From: an uncultured Staphylococcaceae bacterium
GTDB taxonomy: Bacteria; Bacillota_I; Bacilli_A; RFN20; CAG-826
DNA length: 42,828 bases
Reading direction: 5' to 3'
NCBI GenBank assembly: GCA_964507285.1
Contig: CAZDPH010000002.1
Span: forward strand, 1-42,828
The notes below the pieces were generated by a model. It was not told where the DNA came from. It saw nothing but the letters and a program-made list of their open reading frames with translations, and did no database searches. Shown piece after piece: positions 8,078 through 16,630 of the stretch. The position numbers were made by a program, and so were the translations under genes. The first letter of the stretch is position 1. Each line of letters starts with the position of its first letter.

Positions 8078-9593
8078 CTTTAACCTTCTTTACATCGTGA
8101 GCTACTACTCTTTCACCATTAATTCCTTTTAAAGAAACATTTTTTAAACATAAAGTGTCAACATTATATGCTACAAATCCTTGTTTAGAACAAGTTTCTG
8201 CAAATGACATCATTGCAGGTTTCCCTTCTCCAGCATTAGGATTAAATTCAAAAGAAGAATCTATAATATTAACTTCTTTAATGAATTTTTCAGGTAACCC
8301 ATAAAAATATCCAGCAGCATATTCACAATTTTTTGCTTCAATATTAGAAAAAGTAAACTTACCTAAATAAGGTGTTCTATTATCAACTGGTAATTTTTCT
8401 TTTGTATAAACGTACTCAGTTTTACCATCAGGATCGCAGAAATAAAACATATTCATTGTAATAGGAGTTAAAACACCATCCATTTTAATATTATCAAATT
8501 CAACATTATCAATTTGACAAATATCTCCTCTTCCTCTTCTAACTTTAATTCTTAGCCCTCTATCAGTATGATCAAAGAAACATCTATCACATTTCATATT
8601 AGATAATCCACATGAAATTTCACTTCCTAAAACAACTGCGCCATGTCCATATTGCATCCAACAATTTCTAATTACAATATTTTCGCTCTTTTTATTATGC
8701 TTTCTTCCAAGCTCAACTTTCCCAGATTTAATTGCAATACAATCATCTCCAACAGAAAAATGTACACCAATAATTTCACAATTCTTAACAAATTGAGGAT
8801 CAATTCCATCTGTATTTGGACTATCTTTAGGGTTTTCAATATACATATCATAAACGCCTAGATCGTTTACGAAATAAGGATGAATTGTCCATGAAGGAGA
8901 ATTTTTTATACTTATTCCTTGTAAATTGATTTTTTCACTATTGTTAATAAAAATTAAATGTGGTCTAACATAAGGTAAATTTTTAACATTAATCCACCAA
9001 GGTCCTAAATTACCTCTTCCATCAATTATTCCTTCACCTACAATTGAAGTATTTTTACAATCTATTAAATTAATAATTGAAAGCATCATTGGTGAAGCAA
9101 TGCCTTCCCAAATTCCTCTTTCTTTAAACTCGCCATCAATAAATTCATTAGCAGGTATATATTCATAATCTTTTGGATTAGTATTTCCTAAAATCATTGC
9201 ACCTTTTTTTAAATATACTGTTAAATCACTTTTGAATTTTAAACTTGTAATAAAATATGTCCCTTCTTCAAAAACAAATAAAGCATCTTTTTTGCAAGAA
9301 TCAATTAACTTTTGAAGTTCTTCAGTAACATTGACTTCACCATTATTACAAATTCCCTTTGTAGTAACAACTTCACTTACTTTTTTTGTTTTAAAAGAAT
9401 AACTTTTTTCATTTACATTAATTTGATATTCAGTATCTGGTTCCAAATTAAAAACGGAAAAGCAATTAGTTTTATTGTTGCTAATTACTTCTTTTCCGTT
9501 TATATAGACATTAAAAGGTTTTGGAGCATAATAAACATTATTATTTTCTAATTCAAATGTAGCGCTTACAGGTGATATAAATAAAATTTTCAT
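8070..9593 (-). CDS. GH28 exo-polygalacturonase-like glycoside hydrolase with N-terminal FN3-like domain, no signal peptide
   Basis: 507 aa. GH28 motifs NTDGIDP, GDDCIAIKSG, GHGAVVLGSE, RGLRIK. The roughly 75 aa N-terminal beta-sandwich-like segment is as in exo-acting GH28 enzymes. Confidence 0.9.
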   Translation of the reverse strand: MKILFISPVSATFELENNNVYYAPKPFNVYINGKEVISNNKTNCFSVFNLEPDTEYQINVNEKSYSFKTKKVSEVVTTKGICNNGEVNVTEELQKLIDSCKKDALFVFEEGTYFITSLKFKSDLTVYLKKGAMILGNTNPKDYEYIPANEFIDGEFKERGIWEGIASPMMLSIINLIDCKNTSIVGEGIIDGRGNLGPWWINVKNLPYVRPHLIFINNSEKINLQGISIKNSPSWTIHPYFVNDLGVYDMYIENPKDSPNTDGIDPQFVKNCEIIGVHFSVGDDCIAIKSGKVELGRKHNKKSENIVIRNCWMQYGHGAVVLGSEISCGLSNMKCDRCFFDHTDRGLRIKVRRGRGDICQIDNVEFDNIKMDGVLTPITMNMFYFCDPDGKTEYVYTKEKLPVDNRTPYLGKFTFSNIEAKNCEYAAGYFYGLPEKFIKEVNIIDSSFEFNPNAGEGKPAMMSFAETCSKQGFVAYNVDTLCLKNVSLKGINGERVVAHDVKKVKDE

Positions 9594-9596
9594 AAT

Positions 9597-10133
9597 TTAA
9601 CCTCTTTTCTTTTCTTTAATTTTAAAAATTATAATACGGATAACATACTTTATTAATAAAAGAAATTCATCTACTATTAAAGCGATTAAAGCCATTGATA
9701 ATGGTTCTTGGAACCACCAGTTAGTTGCAAATCCATTTTCATTTGGAAATAATGAAACAATCCAAATGCAAAGATAAGCAGTAGCAAAAAAAACAGCTAG
9801 TTGAAATAGAATATTAAATATAACAGAATAAATTTTTTTTGATTTATAAATAATATGATTTTCGTGCTCTCCTGGTTCAGTTTCCATTAATAAAAGTAGA
9901 TTGCCATACATAAAATCAAAAACAATTCCACCAATTAAGCCTCCAGCAATAGCTAAATTTTCTCCAGTTAAACTTAAGCCCATCGCTACAAAGAAAAATA
10001 AAGCTCCATAAAACCAATATTTTAAAAATATTGCTTTTACCCAATATGGTATTTTTTGGAAAAAGCTAGTTTTTTGATAACTAGCTATTTCCTCATCTTT
10101 TTCTATTTGTTCTTTGGTTTTATTTTTCTTCAT
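9597..10133 (-). CDS. Hypothetical polytopic membrane protein (about 4 TM), family not recognised
   Basis: 178 aa. Lys/Glu-rich N-terminus, then hydrophobic spans (YWFYGALFFFVAMGL, IAGGLIGGIVFDF, IFNILFQLAVFFATAYLCIWIV, MALIALIVDEFLLLI). 14-nt overlap with the upstream ORF and 3 nt from the GH28 start. Confidence 0.5.
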   Translation of the reverse strand: MKKNKTKEQIEKDEEIASYQKTSFFQKIPYWVKAIFLKYWFYGALFFFVAMGLSLTGENLAIAGGLIGGIVFDFMYGNLLLLMETEPGEHENHIIYKSKKIYSVIFNILFQLAVFFATAYLCIWIVSLFPNENGFATNWWFQEPLSMALIALIVDEFLLLIKYVIRIIIFKIKEKKRG

Positions 10134-10752
10134 TTTGCTTTACTTCAATAGGTTTAAATGTAATTTTCTTTAATAAATTTTGAACAAGTGGAGCTGTAGC
10201 AACAACAACGCCAGTAATAATTGAAAGAATTATATGAACTAAAAGTAATGTTTTAGTTTGTCTTGCGTAACTAACATAATTTTGAATAATTTGGCTACTT
10301 GGATCTTTGCTTAAAGAAATTAATTCATCTTCTAAGTTAATAGCGTTTGATTTATAAATAAATAATAATAAAAGAATATTAATACCCCATAAAACAAAGA
10401 AAATAATTAACATATGTAATGGTCTTTTCTTACCGAATTTTTTCATAGCATATTGTAAATATGCAACACAATATAAAATTGTAAATAAAGTAATTATAAA
10501 TAAGAAAATACAATTATAAGGCCAGAAAATACTAAACAAAGATTTCATTCCTTCTGACATAGATAAAACGATAGGATTTGCACTATTTACACTTGAAAAA
10601 TTAACATCAAGTCTAGAAAATGCAGGAGAAAAAATAAATAATGAACATAAGAATTGTAAACAACATACGAATACAAACATTAATGGGATTACATAATAAT
10701 TTCTTTTTAAAGAAATAGCTATTTTTCTCATTTTAAGTTTAAATTTATTCAT
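10120..10752 (-). CDS. Hypothetical polytopic membrane protein (about 4 TM), family not recognised
   Basis: 210 aa. Very strong SD (AGGAGGAGGGG) 4 nt upstream, immediately after the ABC ATPase stop. Hydrophobic spans and positively charged loops. Confidence 0.55.
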   Translation of the reverse strand: MNKFKLKMRKIAISLKRNYYVIPLMFVFVCCLQFLCSLFIFSPAFSRLDVNFSSVNSANPIVLSMSEGMKSLFSIFWPYNCIFLFIITLFTILYCVAYLQYAMKKFGKKRPLHMLIIFFVLWGINILLLLFIYKSNAINLEDELISLSKDPSSQIIQNYVSYARQTKTLLLVHIILSIITGVVVATAPLVQNLLKKITFKPIEVKQNEEK

Positions 10753-10763
10753 ATCCCCTCCTC

Positions 10764-11843
10764 CTATCTAATTCTATTTGTAGTTTCTTCATCAAAGAAA
10801 CAAATTAAATCTTGATTAAAACCAACTTTTAAGGTTTCGCCTGCTTTATTATCAAGCCACCCTGGAAGTTTTAATTTTAATTTTTGATCACCATTATGAC
10901 AAATAAATAATGTACTACTGCCAAGATGTTCAACTAAATCAATATCAAACGATAATTCATCACTTTGAATTGAATGTTCTGGTCTAATACCTAAGCAAAC
11001 TTTTTTCCCAAAATATCCATTTCTCTTTAATAAATCAGCTCTCTTTTCGTCTAATTTAAATTTAATATCGTCTTTAACAAACCATCCGTCTTCGCTAACT
11101 TCTCCATGAATGAAGTTCATTGGAGGATTTCCAATAAATGAAGCAACGAAAATATTATTTGGGTCAGAATAAACTTCAATTGGAGTACCAATTTGTTGAA
11201 CTTTACCCATACTCATAACAACAATTCTATCTGCTAAAGTTAAAGCTTCAATTTGATCGTGAGTAACATAAATCATTGTTGCATCTAACTTTTGATGTAA
11301 TAATTTAATTTCTCTTCTCATAGATACTCTTAATTTAGCATCTAAATTACTTAAAGGCTCATCAAATAAGAAAACTTTAGGATTTCTAACAATTGCTCTT
11401 CCTAAAGCAACTCTTTGTCTTTGTCCACCAGACAATTGTTTTGGTTTTTTATTCAATTGTTCGTTTAAACCTAAAATTTCACTAGCATGCATGACTTTTT
11501 CATGAATTTCTTCTTTTGGTGTTTTTCTTAATGTTAAAGAAAAAGCCATATTTTGATAAATTGTCATATGAGCATATAAAGCATAGTTTTGGAAAACCAT
11601 TGCCATATCTCTATCTTTACTTGCTAAGTTAGTAACATCTTTACCACCAACAAAAGCTCTACCAGCAGTAATATCTTCAAGTCCAGCAATCATTCTTAAT
11701 GTAGTAGATTTACCACATCCAGAAGGTCCAACAATAACAATAAATTCACCGTCTTTGATATCAATATCAAAGTCTTCAACTGCTAAGACTCCACCATTAG
11801 TGTTATAAACTTTTCTTAAGTGTTCTAATTTTAAATCTGCCAT
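10764..11843 (-). CDS. msmX: MsmX/MalK-type sugar ABC transporter ATP-binding protein
   Basis: 359 aa. Walker A GPSGCGKST, signature LSGGQRQRV, Walker B FLFDEPLSNLD, H-loop YVTHDQ, then a MalK-like C-terminal regulatory domain (GNPPMNF...). Confidence 0.9.
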   Translation of the reverse strand: MADLKLEHLRKVYNTNGGVLAVEDFDIDIKDGEFIVIVGPSGCGKSTTLRMIAGLEDITAGRAFVGGKDVTNLASKDRDMAMVFQNYALYAHMTIYQNMAFSLTLRKTPKEEIHEKVMHASEILGLNEQLNKKPKQLSGGQRQRVALGRAIVRNPKVFLFDEPLSNLDAKLRVSMRREIKLLHQKLDATMIYVTHDQIEALTLADRIVVMSMGKVQQIGTPIEVYSDPNNIFVASFIGNPPMNFIHGEVSEDGWFVKDDIKFKLDEKRADLLKRNGYFGKKVCLGIRPEHSIQSDELSFDIDLVEHLGSSTLFICHNGDQKLKLKLPGWLDNKAGETLKVGFNQDLICFFDEETTNRIR

Positions 11844-11845
11844 AA

Positions 11846-12673
11846 TTATTTACCACCATTTTCAATATTTTTTAAATGTTCAGTTAATCTCTTACTCTTT
11901 TGTAAACAAATAAGTCCAGCAGAAATTAATGAAATAGCACCACAAATTAATAAAGCAACGCACCAAACAAATTTAGAAGTCGTTAATCCAGTTACTGTTT
12001 CAGTATTTAGACTTTCAATATATACTAAATAATAACGTAATGGAATCCAAAAAATTCTTAATAATTCAACCACTCCAAGTCCAATTGCAAAATATCCACC
12101 TTTAACATTATATGTTTTTGTTCTTTCTGCAATTAAGAAAGCAGCAAGTAAAACTAAAATATTAATCAATAAATCTAATCCCAATTGAACATCTGGAGTA
12201 CAATTTTTATCTTTATAAATAATTAAAAACATTGCAACATTTAAACAAATAGCTAAAATGCATAACCAAAAAGATGAAGTATTATTTTTATAACGCATAA
12301 TATCACTATGAGTTTCATGTAATTCGCCTTCTAAATCTAACTTTAAATATTTAGCATTTAATTGTAAATTTTCAACTTTTATTAATAAAGAATTATATTT
12401 TTCACTTATTTTAGAAGCTTTTTTTGTAACAATCTTAAATTTACTTTGGAAAACAGAATAATCTTTTTTAGCAACTTTATATTCTAAAGATTTAGGGTCT
12501 AAATTATTTAATTCATTATTTCTTGTTAATGCTTCTTCTTTATATTCAGAAAGTTCAGCTTGAGTATCTTCAAATTTAACTTTTAATTCTGGCAAAACAG
12601 CTTCAATATTTTTAATTGTTCTTTCAATTCTTTTTAATTTACCAGTAACTCTTATTCTTTTAAATTTATTCAT
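11846..12673 (-). CDS. Hypothetical membrane protein: roughly 125 aa N-terminal coiled-coil region plus about 4 TM
   Basis: 275 aa. The N-terminus is heptad-like and K/E/L-rich (KLKRIERTIKNIEAVLPELKVKFEDTQAELSEYKEE...), followed by FWLCILAICLNVAMFLII and three more hydrophobic spans. 2 nt from the ATPase start. Confidence 0.55.
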   Translation of the reverse strand: MNKFKRIRVTGKLKRIERTIKNIEAVLPELKVKFEDTQAELSEYKEEALTRNNELNNLDPKSLEYKVAKKDYSVFQSKFKIVTKKASKISEKYNSLLIKVENLQLNAKYLKLDLEGELHETHSDIMRYKNNTSSFWLCILAICLNVAMFLIIYKDKNCTPDVQLGLDLLINILVLLAAFLIAERTKTYNVKGGYFAIGLGVVELLRIFWIPLRYYLVYIESLNTETVTGLTTSKFVWCVALLICGAISLISAGLICLQKSKRLTEHLKNIENGGK

Positions 12674-13409
12674 CGATAACTACCTCGCTTAAATCCATTG
12701 AAGGATTTTTCTTTTGATATATAAATCTAAAGATACAATAAATAATTGCACCAAGAGAAAGTAAAACAATAATTCCGAATACTACAAATCCTAAAATAAA
12801 TACCCAACTAAATGTATTATAGGAGAAATATTCTTTAATTGCATCAACCCCTAATCCGTTTTGATAACTATAATAAGCATTAATAATATTATATGCAACG
12901 TTATTTTTACAATAATTACTCCATGAAATCAATTGATAAATTCCATATCCAGCAGTACCACATCCAAATAAGCCAGCAGCGCCTAATGTAATGTAATTAG
13001 ATATATAAAATACTTCTCTTTTTTGTGAATGGAATAAAAAACCAATAGCAGTAAGAATAATACCGATTAATCCAAAATTGAATAAAAAGTGATTAAAACC
13101 TTGAAGTTCACCACCAACCCCTGTGGTTTGATTTTGTTTACAGAAATTTACAAAATAAGATAAATTATAACCAACTAATTTGCCACTTCTATAAGCATAT
13201 GCAGCATCTGCGAAATCTGTGCTCCAAACTCCGTATGTTGTTGCATTACTTTTACTAAAAACAGCGTCAGTAATGTAAAAATCATAAAAAGGAGTCATAA
13301 ATATTAAACTATAGACAAATAAAAGTATCATAGAAAAAAAGATGGCAAAAACAATTGGTTTTTGTAATTTAAATATGAGACTTTTATTTGTATTTGGATT
13401 TTCCTTCAT
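12666..13409 (-). CDS. Hypothetical membrane protein (about 4 TM) with aromatic-rich extracytoplasmic loops
   Basis: 247 aa. TM1 IVFAIFFSMILLFVYSLIF, then a Y/W/F-rich roughly 65 aa loop, then three further TM spans. GGAGAG SD. 8-nt overlap with the next ORF. Confidence 0.55.
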   Translation of the reverse strand: MKENPNTNKSLIFKLQKPIVFAIFFSMILLFVYSLIFMTPFYDFYITDAVFSKSNATTYGVWSTDFADAAYAYRSGKLVGYNLSYFVNFCKQNQTTGVGGELQGFNHFLFNFGLIGIILTAIGFLFHSQKREVFYISNYITLGAAGLFGCGTAGYGIYQLISWSNYCKNNVAYNIINAYYSYQNGLGVDAIKEYFSYNTFSWVFILGFVVFGIIVLLSLGAIIYCIFRFIYQKKNPSMDLSEVVIDE

Positions 13410-13427
13410 AATTTTCTCTCCATAATT

Positions 13428-13450
13428 GTTAGGGCCAAAAAGGCCCTAAC
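13428..13450 (-). other. GC-rich intercistronic stem-loop after the binding-protein gene (no U-tract)
   Basis: gttagggcc-aaaaa-ggccctaac: perfect 9-bp stem, 19 nt after the SBP stop and just before the SD of the next gene. Followed by caattatgg on the minus strand, so not a canonical intrinsic terminator. Confidence 0.6.
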
Positions 13451-13468
13451 ATAATTTTAAATTTTTAA

Positions 13469-15661
13469 TTATTTCATTAAATCGTAAGCATCATTATAAA
13501 TAGTAACTGCTTTCTTTAAATTTAATGTTTCGTTGATATATGTTAAATATCCTGATTTAGTATATAAGACTTCACCAGTTGATGTTGTTCCACCAAATCC
13601 ATACATAACATATTTATTCCAAATATTATAATTTGAAGTAGATGAATTTGTATGAATATTTCCTAAACCAGCACTTTCTAATGTAGAAAGTTGTGTTGAT
13701 TCACCAGCAGATAAATTAAATGAGCTTGGTGTAATAGTGTAGAATCCATTGTCTGTGAAATCTAATTCAACATGTTTAAATGTTCCAACTTCTAATGCAT
13801 GAGCAACAATGTTACAACCATTAACTGCATTAGCATTTGTACATTGTACTTCAACACCATAATTCTTAACAGATCCAATATTTAAACCTGCACCAACATA
13901 TTTTCTGAAATAGTTAGTATAGTTATCTTTACCGATTGTTGTATCATGGAATTGAGCTAATGTTTCTTCTGATAATTGTGGGACACCATTAACAATTTCT
14001 GTATAATATCCTTCGCTTACTGGACCTGCTGTATATAAAGCTTGTCCTTCTTCAGAATAGAAGAAATCAAATAATTTTAATGCCTTAGCTAATTTAGCTT
14101 CATCTTTAACAATACTTGCATTAATACACCAGCCTTCTGTTTTAACACTTCTCCAGCTTTCTGTGAATTGCATCCACTTTGTTTTATATGTTCCAGTTTT
14201 TTCATCATATGATTCTTTCCATTCAGCAACAGCATTGATAATTGGTCTAAAATCATAACCTTCAACTGCTTTTGACCCAGCTTTATCATTCCAAGCACCT
14301 TGAGATTGAGAATAATCATATTCCATAAATCCACAATATGTTTTTCCTTCAACTGTAGCACCATTACCATTGAAAATTGCACTTGCGAATTTACCATCAG
14401 TAGCACCATTACTTGCTTTTGTTTCGAAATCTTTAGCAATCAAGCCTTCATCGTATAATTCATTTAAATATTCAAGTAATTCAGTTACATCTTCTTCACC
14501 TCTAGCATCATGAATCTTACCATCAGCACCAACATATAAGTAACCTTTTCTTGATTCTAATCCTTTAATGCCCCACATTTGAGCGCCCCATCTATAAAGA
14601 TCAGAAATTCTTGAGTTATTGTATTCTCTAGGAACAAATGCAATCATGTTTGTCTCTGCATTTCCTGTTAATGCTTTTGGTGAAGCTTTAACAATTCTCA
14701 TTAAAGCAATCATTTCATCTGCATCATAAGAAGCATCAACACCTAAGAATAAATCAGATTTAGTAGCATATTGTGATCCATATCTATCACTAATATATTG
14801 TCTAAATTGAGCAACTAATGATTTAGCATCTGCTTTTCCAGCATCAATTAATTCATTTTGTAATTCAATAATGTTTTTATCTGTTGATTTCTTTGTAATA
14901 GTTTTTGTACCATCACTTTCCATTGATTCAGGAACAGAAACTTCATAATTTGTTTTACCCATTCCTTTGTAACTTGATTTAGTAACAAGACCAGTATTTG
15001 TATCCCAATCAACATTTTCTTCATCTAAGATTTTTCTAACAAAATCAGCTCTTACTAAAGTATATTTTTCAACATCATCAAAGCCATCAAAATATGGAGC
15101 ATAATAAATTGCACTCTTACTTGTATCTTTATAAGATGTTGATTCGATAGAAACTTTAACAATTGGATTTGCTTCCAAGAATGCTTTGAAATTTGGAAGA
15201 TAATCCATATATTCATTTAAATCTAAAATTGTTCCTGAAGATGTTCCATATGATGAAATATCTGTAACGTTACCAACAGCAATATCAGCAAATTGATTTG
15301 TTAACCAGTTATTTTTGAAATAATCAGTTGCTTTTCCACTTGAATCAGTAACATCATTAATTGTGAAATCTAATTGATCAGAAACAGCTTTCCAAACAGG
15401 TTTTAAATCACCTTGTTTAATTTTTGTTCCAGCTGGAGTTGAGTAGTCAACACTTTCATTAAAAGTTAAACCAGTTGATTTATCATAATTAACTGACATT
15501 GAAAGTGTACAATGTTCATCTGGTAATGGATCAACAGGATCGACTGGATCAACAGGATCGACTGGATCAACAGGATCTACAGTTGAACCTCCTCCACATG
15601 CAGTTAGTACTAAGCCTAATAATCCTGCGCTTAATACACTTAAAAATCTTTTATTTTTCAT
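13469..15661 (-). CDS. Lipoprotein, extracellular solute-binding protein of the LplA/YtcQ-type (CUT1) family, unusually long
   Basis: 730 aa. Signal peptide plus lipobox LVLTAC-GGG, a (DPV)6 linker, then an SBP-like body. Sits directly downstream of the two permease genes. Confidence 0.8.
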   Translation of the reverse strand: MKNKRFLSVLSAGLLGLVLTACGGGSTVDPVDPVDPVDPVDPVDPLPDEHCTLSMSVNYDKSTGLTFNESVDYSTPAGTKIKQGDLKPVWKAVSDQLDFTINDVTDSSGKATDYFKNNWLTNQFADIAVGNVTDISSYGTSSGTILDLNEYMDYLPNFKAFLEANPIVKVSIESTSYKDTSKSAIYYAPYFDGFDDVEKYTLVRADFVRKILDEENVDWDTNTGLVTKSSYKGMGKTNYEVSVPESMESDGTKTITKKSTDKNIIELQNELIDAGKADAKSLVAQFRQYISDRYGSQYATKSDLFLGVDASYDADEMIALMRIVKASPKALTGNAETNMIAFVPREYNNSRISDLYRWGAQMWGIKGLESRKGYLYVGADGKIHDARGEEDVTELLEYLNELYDEGLIAKDFETKASNGATDGKFASAIFNGNGATVEGKTYCGFMEYDYSQSQGAWNDKAGSKAVEGYDFRPIINAVAEWKESYDEKTGTYKTKWMQFTESWRSVKTEGWCINASIVKDEAKLAKALKLFDFFYSEEGQALYTAGPVSEGYYTEIVNGVPQLSEETLAQFHDTTIGKDNYTNYFRKYVGAGLNIGSVKNYGVEVQCTNANAVNGCNIVAHALEVGTFKHVELDFTDNGFYTITPSSFNLSAGESTQLSTLESAGLGNIHTNSSTSNYNIWNKYVMYGFGGTTSTGEVLYTKSGYLTYINETLNLKKAVTIYNDAYDLMK
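15528..15581 (-). repeat. Tandem 9-bp repeat x6 (GGATCRACW; also readable as 18-bp x3) encoding the (DPV)6 linker
   Basis: ggatcaaca ggatcgact ggatcaaca ggatcgact ggatcaaca ggatctaca read directly from the sequence. In frame within the SBP lipoprotein gene just after the lipobox Cys. Confidence 0.95.
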
Positions 15662-15727
15662 TTTTAAAGTCTCCTTTTTATTATATAAGATTTTTTATAT
15701 TTTATAAGTAGATACTACTTTATAAAC

Positions 15728-16612
15728 CTATTCCTTAACGCCACCTAAATTAACACCAGCAGCAAAATATTTTTGAATAAATGGATAAATAATAATGATA
15801 GGTATAATTGCAGCAACAATCATACAATAAAATAACGATGTCATTGAGAAATTACCAAAATCTGGACGTGAATCTAATGAGTTCATTTGATCTAAGAAGT
15901 TTTTAATATAGACTTGTAAAGGTTGTTGTAATTCATCAGAGACAACTTGAGCTGCCCAGAAATAACCATTCCATCTAGAAATACCATAGAATAAACCAAC
16001 AGTAGCAATAGTAGCTTTACTCATAGGAATATAAACTTTATTACAAATTTGAGTTTCAGTAGCTCCATCAACAATAGCAGCTTCTTCAACTTCCTTAGGA
16101 ACACCTGCAAAACCATTTCTTAAAAGAATAACATTGTAAGCATTTAACCCCATTGCAATAACAACTAACCATTTATCATCAATAATTCCTATTGCGTGGA
16201 AAATATCTTTAGTATTATCATAGTTTAATTTTGTAGCAAATAAACCTGCCGAGAACCACATTGTGAATACAAGTAAGAAATTTAATACTCTATTAAATGG
16301 CATTCTCTTTTTACTTAATGCATAACCACCATAAATAGAAACAACCATTGCGAATATTGTACCTAAAGCAGTCAAGAATAATGTATTTGAATAAGAAATC
16401 CAGAATGTTTTTTGTTGGAATGTATAAATAAATGCATCAAATTGGAAAGCATTTGGAAATAAAATTAAACTTCCGGCTTCCATTTGTTCCTTTCCAGCTA
16501 TCGCAGCACAAATTGAATAAACGAAAGGATATAAACAAAATAATGCAAATATAGTTAAGAAGGTATAAGCTAAAATTTTAAATATAATTTCTGATGCGTC
16601 TAAACGTTTCAT
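15728..16612 (-). CDS. ABC sugar transporter permease (LplC/YtcP-like, BPD_transp_1)
   Basis: 294 aa, 6 TM. EAA-loop region EEAAIVDGATETQICNKVYIPMSK. Confidence 0.9.
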   Translation of the reverse strand: MKRLDASEIIFKILAYTFLTIFALFCLYPFVYSICAAIAGKEQMEAGSLILFPNAFQFDAFIYTFQQKTFWISYSNTLFLTALGTIFAMVVSIYGGYALSKKRMPFNRVLNFLLVFTMWFSAGLFATKLNYDNTKDIFHAIGIIDDKWLVVIAMGLNAYNVILLRNGFAGVPKEVEEAAIVDGATETQICNKVYIPMSKATIATVGLFYGISRWNGYFWAAQVVSDELQQPLQVYIKNFLDQMNSLDSRPDFGNFSMTSLFYCMIVAAIIPIIIIYPFIQKYFAAGVNLGGVKE

Positions 16613-16630
16613 ATTTTAATTTAACCTCCA

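Noticed and set aside
14089-14439. 116-aa same-strand alternative-frame ORF inside the SBP lipoprotein gene
   Set aside because: It is embedded in a different frame of a 730-aa ORF that has a signal peptide, a lipobox and an SBP-like sequence. Its composition (M/L/K/Q/V-rich) looks like a frame-shifted artefact, and there is no SD.
15528-15581. Possible CRISPR-like or other non-coding repeat array
   Set aside because: The repeats are directly tandem 9-mers without spacers. They are in frame within a coding sequence and translate to (DPV)6. This is a coding microsatellite, not a CRISPR array.
15706-15720. Small hairpin aagtag-ata-ctactt between the permease and SBP genes
   Set aside because: It is only a 6-bp AT-rich stem in AT-rich DNA, with no U-tract. 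It is indistinguishable from chance.
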